Shown here in pieces: positions 55,801 to 64,000 of a stretch of DNA of 64,000 nt. This stretch comes from Zygnema circumcarinatum SAG 698-1b. Taxonomy: Eukaryota; Plantae; Zygnematophyceae. The notes under the pieces were generated by a model. That model searched no databases. It saw only the letters and a list, made by a program, of their open reading frames with translations, and was not told the origin of the DNA. Location: positions 186,001-250,000 of the forward strand of contig CM074818.1 of NCBI GenBank assembly GCA_037447605.1. The letters run 5' to 3'. A program made the translations under genes and the position numbers. The stretch's first letter is position 1; each line of letters opens with the position of its first letter.

Positions 55801-58021
55801 CCAACCTTTGTCTCTCAAATTCGAGAGTTGCTTTCGCATCTCTTCGGTCTCCTTGGGNNNNNNNNNNGCATCCACGGGCTCCCACGGTTGAGATGTACGT
55901 GGATTTAATCGCAATTCCTTCTTCAAATGCGGCTTCAGGCCCATCCAAAAGTGATAAAACACTGCTTCATCAGTAGGACGATGTGTCTTAATGAGTGACA
56001 CCGTCATACGCAGATCTCGCAGGAATTTCTTGGCACTACCAGTCTGTACCATACTGTGGTACCTTTGACGCGCTTCCATTCCAGGATCCAAGACCCCAAA
56101 ATGACGCTCAAGTTCCTTGCGGAATTTCTCCCAATCACTCCCGATCTTAGTGGCTAAGCTCTCGTATACACGATAGGCATCGCCGCGGAGTGATGGATAT
56201 GAGAAATTCACCCACTCTGTAACGAACCTGCCTACAGCAGGGTTCGAACTCAGGACCTCCCGGTATTCACCTAAGTGCTTTACCATTAAAAGGCAACCGC
56301 GGATGTAAGTACTCGGCCATACAACCCATGTATAGCGTTTCGCTACATTCCTCCCCACCTAAACCGTGCTCGTCTACTCGAGCACCATGCTCAAGGGTTT
56401 TTACGAGCGCGTTCAAGCTCCTTCAACACATGGACTACGGCCATGGTCCCGAAGGCCACTGAGGGACGGGTTCCGTACCATGCTCAGAGATCACGGTGTT
56501 TTTAGGGTGGATTGCAAATACGGCCCTTGGCTCGTACCAATGTAGCGAGACCTGCTACGGCGGGGTTGAACTTCCGAAAGGAACCTCCGATTCACCTAGA
56601 ATTAGCATACCATTAAAGGCAACGGCGGATGCCAAGTGACCGCCACAACCCATGTATAAGCGTTTACGCTACACACTCATACATGAGCAATTCATTATGC
56701 ATTGAAGGTAACCCTTCACTTGGCCCAACCACTGTTCAATAGAACAGTCGGTTGCAGGGTGTTCTCCCCAAGGAGAAATGGGGGTTACCTTGGCCCTGTT
56801 CCTCGAAGACCAATCTTGAGGAGGGACCAAGGGGCGGATCTGTTCTAGGAAGTCCCATCACGAGAGGCGTCGAGGATCCACCACCAGCAGGTGCGCCACC
56901 CGTTAGGATGACTCCCAGCCAGAAGCGGGGTCGGGCAACCGTCTGGCTGCTTGAAGCGACAGGTTGGGTCGCGGTTCGTAGCGATTGATGGGTGCTACCC
57001 GTGGCTACCCGGGGAAGATCTTTCTACCTTGCCTCAGCAGCCCGGCACGGGGAATGTTGGGCCGATACCTTTGCTTTGCCCGAGTCAAGTTCTTCGTGAG
57101 GGCCAAATCCTCGTGGAGTCGGCAGACTTGTCCATCTTCTTCTAAACGTTGCGCTCCATCTGCGCCATCTCTTGTCTTTGGGTCACAAGGAGAGTCTCAT
57201 ACTGACCAATCTTGGCCTGAACTCCTCGCACGTCTTTCTGAAGGTTCAAGGCTGCTCCGGCAGTGATGTTCGTCTCAGCCACAGATGGCGGCGGAGGCTC
57301 ATTCTGAATGGGTGCTGGAGGCGCTTGCTCCGGGCTGCTGCAAGGAGACGGGCTATAGTCGATGAGAGAAGGACCCCGTGGATTTGCCGTCTCATCCTCC
57401 TCCAGATTCTCCTCCATCGGGTGATCCTCTTGGTCCTCAGGGATGGAAGGCGGAAAAGGCGGAAATTCTGGAAATGCCTCCATTAAACAAACAATCTTGG
57501 AAAGAGAAACACAGGCTCTGATACCAAAATGTAACAAGCCTTGAGCACAACACCCAAAGCCTGCTAGAGACTAAGTCACTTAAATGTAATGCTGGTTTGG
57601 AGCGATTGCAAGTGCCCGCCCAGGACCCCTGCTGCAGACCATCCCAGCGCCTCACGCTCCCCAGTGAACCCTTTGCCAGCGTAAGGGACCCGGGGGAGCA
57701 GGGGCTAGCCAATGGCGCTATGCCCGCGTGGCCAATCGGCACAGTCAATGCGGTTGTATGAGAGGCGGTCCGGTCACGGCATTCCCGATGTGTGGCCGTG
57801 GCCGTCCTCGATATAGCGACGGCGGTGTGATGGTCGCGTTCCGATCTCGAACGGCCTTGCTGACGCCACAGAATCGCCGTCAGTCCGTACCGTCCATACG
57901 GGCGGTACGGATCCGTACGGCTACACCGTACGACTGTACGGATGGCCCGTACGGCCAAACCGTACGGAAATCCTCAGGATGCCGGCGGCACCGTGGTGTC
58001 TGTAGCGTTCAGTTCGCTACA
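52856..58021 (-). mobile_element. Ty3/gypsy chromovirus LTR retrotransposon (Chlamyvir-like), non-autonomous or decayed, with two assembly gaps
   Basis: LTRs 57530-58021 and 52856-53349, both TG...CA, with 5-bp TSD AGTTC at 52851-52855 and 58022-58026. tRNA-iMet PBS TGGTATCAGAGCC (minus, ~57514-57526). Contains gag capsid, RT ([15 protein letters not shown]), RNase H (DASG..GAVL, EQELLAV), integrase (HHCC; SVGMDLITDLP) and a C-terminal chromodomain (YEVEAI...YLVKWLGY...STWE). Order is RT-RH-INT-CHD. Frameshifts and stops are present. Confidence 0.92.
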
Positions 58022-58212
58022 AGTTCCCACGGATCCGCATGGGGGTGGCCGTGGGTGAAGTCAGGGTCCTGCCAGCGATGGAGGGTGGTGGCCGTGGCCG
58101 GAATATCGATCAGCCCATCCGCGAATATGACATCATGTAAGTCTTGGTCTGCAATGAAAATCTCAATGGGAAGATGCTTTCCGGGGGTTCAGAGGGGTGC
58201 GGTGGAGGGATG

Positions 58213-61200
58213 TGTTAGATGCGGATCTGCTTTCAGCGCTCCGGCCACCTGTGATGTCGCCCTCCGTTGGAACTCCGGTTCCCATAGGTAGAAGACATCT
58301 CCTACTCTCTCTCACTCTATCTCACTTCCTCATAGCCCACTTAACTCCCGCGGAATGAGCGAGAGAGGCAGTACGTGAAATCACACGAGAGAGTATAGGA
58401 AGCTCACGGCTCTAAAACTCCTTTATAATAAGAATGTCACCCACATAGAAGTTCTCCCCTCTCATAGCTGCTTCTCCCTTACTCCACTACCTTGCGACTG
58501 AGGGCCAGCCCCAGCAACACCCGGCGGGCCCGCGAGAATACCAAAGTCAGGGACTCGGTGGTCATGTGGTTCTCCTTCACTGTCCTTCGGCGCCTATATC
58601 ACGCCATAGCGTGTTACGTGACATCTTCCTTGTTGACCGATGTCACGCCACGCCGCCCTCATGCTCGCCAGCCCAGGTACGCTGCTCAACATCCAGCTTT
58701 GCGTCTTTCGTGAAACCTACGCCAAAGACCGCACCTGGGCCAGTCGCCCGCATGCCTTCCGCCATCTCAACTTGCCGCCCGCTCGAAGCAGAACTTCCGC
58801 CGCCTGGCCCCGCACGCCCGCCGCCAAGCATGTTCCGTTTCACGCGCGACTGCATACACATTCAAGGCCGGCCCTCGCCGACGCAAATCTCCGGCCGCCG
58901 CGATTCTCGGCCACACATTCTGTCCACAGGAAGTCACGACTCCTGCCTCCTCCGTAGTTGACCTCGCCATGAACACAAGGATCAAGCATCTGCTGGCCCC
59001 GGACGCCGTTCCTCACGACATCACCACATCCTCAAGGCCTCAAAAGCGTACTGGCCACCCATATTTGGGTCTCAGACCGTATTTCCTAGAACACTACTAG
59101 CAGATCTCATGTTTCCCAATTGAGGACCACAACAATGTTAGTGTGAACCCGTACAATGTCTAACTATAGCACACTAACACTAACAATCCCCCTCTTGGGC
59201 CTCAGTTCCTCATGGGCCCTAGCCCAATGAGTCTGCTATTCACTAGTAGCGTCTCACCACTAACTCCTTTAGTCAACATATCCGCAGCCTGCTCCTTCGT
59301 CCCCACGAACTTCACAACAATCATCCCCTCCTCTACTAATCTCGCACATAATGGTATTGTACTCTAATGTGCTTTTGTCCTCTTATGAAACAATGTATTA
59401 ACAAGAGCTATGGACGATCGATTATCCGTGAACAAAGTCAAGTGGGACGTTGTGGCTCTACACTCATCAAAGAAATGTTGGAACTAAACTCCTCCTTCTC
59501 ACAAGGACATGCTCCCATGTACTCAGCTTGCTAGATAACGAACAATCCGTAGCTTTTGAGTCTACGAGATCGCCTCCACCGCTGCTCGTGTAAACAACCG
59601 GAGGTCGCATCGCGATGTGTCCACGCTACCTCCCGAAGTCGGTGTATCCGGACAATTGCTCGCCCTCTCGTAATCTAAGTCCGTATCAGGGTCCCTCTCG
59701 TGACGCAACCGAAGATTCGCTTTACGGCCTCCTGCAATGCTCAGTATCGGATCTCCATGAACCTAATTTCAGGCGCCAGCCTTCGCTAAGTCCTACCGTC
59801 GTACCAATCATTGTGGGTACATTAAACTCCGATAAGAGATCTCAGACGGGCACTCCAGACATGCACAGACCTCCGGCCCCGTCAGCGGGCTCCATATCTT
59901 TCGGCCACCCTCGCTACCATCTCCATTTTGGACCGTGCACGGCCCGTACCTCCATATTGAATCTCGCCAGTACATCCGCTGGGCGTATTCTTTCCGACTT
60001 AGGAAACGTATTCTCCGCCCCGCCTTCTTCAAATGGGTATCCTGCTAGAGATAATCAGCGCTTCCCTAGATCCTACATTTGGAAGTTAGCTTGCAAAAGC
60101 TTCTTCAGATCATTGATTCTTTCCAGTGAGAGACTCACCATAATGAGGTCATCCACGTAGATCCCAACGTATATGAGATCTCCCTCCTCTCCTTGTCGGT
60201 AGACGGAATGATCCGCCTCAAAGCGACAAACTGTTGCTCCTCGTGAAGATCGCCAATCTTCTCGCCTCGCATCCCGGTGCTCGCCTGCACCGCATGCACT
60301 CTTTACCAGGCCGCACGCATGCTCCCCCGCCTCGACAACTTTCCTTCGGCTGTCGGCATGTAGATCTCCTCACAGATCTCCGCATAAAAAACGCTGGGTC
60401 TTGATATCTAACTGATGGATATGCATCCCTCGCCACCGCGATCGAGATTGTGGCACCTGAGGGAGTTAACCACTAATCAGCGAAAAGTCTCCGTAGTCGA
60501 TTCCGTACTTCGGGCCGTAGGCCCTTCGCCACCAGCCGCTTTGTAACGTCGACACTCCCGCCCGCTTCACCTTGAACACCCACTTGCATCCAATGGCTCT
60601 TCCTTCGCAAGAGTTTCTCCATACCGCCCCGCTCTATCGTGACTATTCCACTCGCTATCGATCGCCGCTGCCACTTCTGCCCATCGCATCTCATCGTGAG
60701 CCTCCTCGGCTTCAGTGCTCCGCTGATCATGTAGCGCTGGGCAACCTCAAGCGAGGTCACAGGTCCCAGAGGCACTCTCTCCTCGCATCGTTAACAGGAT
60801 TTGCCTCAGACACAAAGCCTCCCTCACCACACGGGTGCTCCTCCATGTCCTTATGCTCTCCCACTCCTCGAAGTTGAAGGCGAAAATCTCGTGAACAAAT
60901 CCCGGAGGCATCCTGTCTCATCGCGTCTCTCGCCATATCCAAGTCCTCGTGACTCGGCCCTGCAAAGGTACAGCTTGACCGGTCTTCATCCTGGACAGTG
61001 AGTGTGTAGTGGGCCGCCTCCTCGCCGATTCTCCGCCCCCGCTATGCACTGTTCGACCACCACCGACGCCTCCGGCATTGCCTCGAAGTCACCCTTCGCC
61101 TCCCGCATGCTGATCTCCTCCAAAGCCGGGACCTGAGAGGCTTCAACGCCTTCTCCGCTGGTCTCCACGTCCTCATACACAATCTCCAATCCTGTCTTTT

Positions 61201-64000
61201 GGGGCTGGGTCTCACCTAGCCGTGTCACCGCCCCTTTCTCGTCCACCGTGATGTCCCTCGAGCTCTGCACTTCCTTCGCTCGCGGGTTCCAAAACCTGTA
61301 GGTGCGACTGTCCATGTTGTAGCCGAGAACATATCCTTCAACGGCTCGCGGGTCAAACTTCCTCTTCTGTCTCGCCTTCGGCACTGTCGACCAGCAGCGC
61401 GCTCCGAAAGCCTTCAGGTGGGAAACCGTGGGCTTTCTCCCACTCCACACCTCCTCAGGAACCTGGTCCTTGAGCACAGAAGATGGGCATCTATTCCTAA
61501 GGTAAGCTGCGTCATCACCGCCTCCCCGCAGCTAGCCGAAGGGGAATCATGAGCATGGTCCGGGCCACTTTATGTCCCCCAACGTCCGACATTAATTTTC
61601 AAAGAAATCTTACTACTTCTTTTGAGGGAGTAGGGAGCAGAATTCATGCCTCTAATTCCACGAGTCTTGAGGTTCTCGCCAACTCCTTCGACTTGAATCC
61701 CTCCCGCTGTCCGGAAGCGCGTAGCCTTCGCCGGCCCCGCTTCTCTGCCCATCCGAGTTCCCGCCAATCTCGGGTTCAAAGCCTCGTGACTTGTTCTTGA
61801 GAATTTTCACCCAATTCTTCTCAAAAATCATCGAGAAAAGTGATGAAGCACGAAGCCTCCCACTCGCTGCCGGTGTCACGGGCCACAAAGGTCGGTGTGA
61901 ACTAAACTCCGCTTCTCCTCGGGCGATGGTACTTCCTCTCCGCTTCCTCGCTAATGGTTTGGCGCTTTCCCTACACACTCCTTGCAAAAACCGAAATTCT
62001 CCACCTAATATCTACGCCTAACCCACGGACCAGCCTCCCTTAGCAAAGAAGCCGCTGCAAATCCCCATGGTTAAGATGTCCAAGTTCACGATGCCGAGAT
62101 TTATGGCGCTTTCAAATACGTACCATCACATCTTCATCCTTCACCCTTCTATAATGAAGATAATACAGCCTCCCTTTCATAAGCACCCTCAAATGCCGCT
62201 TCCTTCGCCACCGGCAGGAGTAGCTACGCTAGCGCGACTTCCTTGAACGTGATCTCGTACCCCTCTTACACACCTCGCCAATGTATTACGAAGTTCTCGT
62301 TTCAAATGGGTGTGGAGTACATCAATGCATACACAACGCCTCCCTCTCCTCTTCGTAGATGACGAGCCGCCCGGTGAATCATCTTGATCACTCCACCTTC
62401 ATGATCAGCCACTCCTCCGTTGCCGAAAGTGAACAGATCGAGTCTTCCAACTGCGGTCCAACGTGGAGAACATCCGCTGTCGCCACACATGTGGAAGTAC
62501 CGAAGTCGATTAACCAGGGCCGCTTAAGATCCTGAACCAGGATCTTCCCAACAAAGTCAGAACCTTCGGGCCTTTCAGCCCTCAACAGATTGGTCTCATT
62601 CGACCCTCTCGTGATTCGGTGCTCTTTTGTGACCTCGCTTTTGCACTTGAAGCAGATCCTTGAAGCCTTTCTTCTCCTTTCTGCCGTAATGCCGCGCGCC
62701 CTCCTCCCTCATCTTGGGGACTCTTTGTTCTGTAGCAACCGGCCGAGTAGTGGGCCAGCCTTGCCACACGTGTAGCACGCTCCCGCGGGGCGTTCACCTC
62801 GGTCTGTCTTCAACGCGCCTCCTCTTCGGTCTTGACGCGAGTGCAGCGCCAGCACCTCTCCTCGTGTTCCCGTGTCTTGACGGTGTCCTCCTTGATCCTC
62901 CGGCCACTTGCTCAAGGGTCATTTTCGAAAGTTCGCAGACAGCTTCCTAAGCTACGCGATCGCTACATCAAATCTAGAGGTCAACTCTAAGAATCCGCTG
63001 ATCTTATGGTCACTTCTTAACGGGCTTCGAGCTATGAACCTCTCCATCAAGGTATCAAACCTGACCATATATCTACTCAAGCCATCCTAAGTCATCTTCT
63101 ATCTTCCCAAGTCGCTGTAAAGACTCACTATCGTGACGTTAACCTTTACATCATACATCTCTTCTAAGCACCTCCACATAGCATGTGAGGTCTTGAGATC
63201 ATACAGCATGGACGAAGGACTTCCCCTCACACTCATGACGACCTCGCGGTGAGGAGCTTTGTTGCCTGGCACTCCATCTCGCAGCCACTTCGTTCGACTG
63301 CCGCCCGCCGTGGCTCTCCTAAAGACCGTGCCTTGATGGTGCCGCTGACGTACTCCTGCCCCTTGCCCACGAGCAGCGGGGAACCGTACCGCCATCTCCA
63401 CCCCCTTGTAGCCCCGGGACCGCCGCACGCGGAATGCCGAACTTCACGCGGGTCCTTCGCCGCCACCATCGCCTGATACCACTTGTTGGAGTCCGATCTG
63501 CTCGCCGCTTCCCGGCGCCACCTCGCTGTCGCCTCCATCGAACTCCGTTCCCACCGATGAAGACATTCCTACTCTCTCTCACTCTATCTCACTTCACTCA
63601 TAAAATTTCCATAACTCATGCACGAACGCAGAGACGAAAGCACGCTGAAATCACACACGAGAGAGTATAGAGAAAGCTCACTACTTCTAAAACCTTTTTT
63701 ATAATAAGAATGTCACCCACATGAAGTTTCTCCCTCTCTCACTAGCTACTTTACTACTACTCATGCATACGCGGTACCAAAGAACACGGTGCAGTACGTA
63801 TCAAGTCACTTGACTACAAGAGAGGTTCATCGTGGTTCTCCTTCATACAAAGCTAAACCCTATATACCGCCATGGCCGCAGTTACGGACATCTTCCTTGC
63901 TGACCGATGTCACGTCACGGCCGCCTCATGTTCAAGAGCCAGTACGCTGCTCAACATCCAAATTTTATGGGTTCTTCAGAACCTACGCCAAAGACACCTA
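58213..64000 (-). mobile_element. Ty1/copia LTR retrotransposon, heavily frameshifted, truncated by the window end
   Basis: 3' LTR 58213-59185 (TGTTAG...CTAACA) with PPT GAGGGGGA adjacent (59187-59194). The 5' LTR starts at 63484 (TGTTGG) and runs off the end. PBS TGGTATCAG on minus at 63473-63481. Minus-strand order is gag (UBN2-like, CYTCGKAG knuckle), protease (WLIDFG), integrase (PEEVWSGRKPTVSHLKAFG...KFDPRA), RT (IYVGIYVDDLI), RNase H (KHIRVQYHYVRD; QAADMLTK). Confidence 0.9.

Noticed and set aside
56225-56305. tRNA-like look on the minus strand (AATGGTAAAGC...AGGTC...GAGTTCGAACCC)
   Set aside because: The T-stem and acceptor stem do not pair properly, and the segment is in frame with the gag capsid ORF (EVLSSNP). 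It is probably coincidental; tRNAscan-SE would settle it.
55648-56358. 236-aa ORF apparently fusing gag directly to RT with no protease
   Set aside because: The junction is a 10-N assembly gap (55858-55867), so the missing gag end and protease are most likely unassembled rather than deleted. The same applies to the RH-INT junction at 54849.
50041-58021. Short palindromic repeats resembling a CRISPR array
   Set aside because: There is no constant-length repeat/unique-spacer periodicity and no cas genes, and the context is eukaryotic. The palindromes sit within LTR or repeat sequence.

Overview
This is eukaryotic, intron-rich (GT-AG) DNA from a green plant, probably a streptophyte alga or early-diverging plant. 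That placement is inferred from plant-type protein sequences and an algal-type chromovirus; the species is not identified. Bases 1-49 kb hold six intact multi-exon genes: a secreted purple acid phosphatase (+), an ABCF soluble ABC ATPase (-), a ~3,345-aa coiled-coil protein with one 9.2-kb exon (+), a divergent SMC4-like ATPase (-), a TMEM205/DUF4149 membrane protein (+) and a plant-type AAA+ ATPase (-). Bases 50-64 kb are a nest of decayed LTR retrotransposons: a Ty3/gypsy gag remnant, a chromovirus with a 5-bp TSD inserted into an older pol fragment, and a Ty1/copia element running off the window end. The best candidate for novel biology is the non-canonical SMC4-like gene, which lies tail-to-tail with the giant coiled-coil gene. 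Also notable are several motif arrays (a 4x as-1-like TGACG array and GTAC-dense cassettes in LTRs and a promoter) and a fold-back repeat. Exon boundaries were read by eye and are approximate unless stated. No database searches were run.
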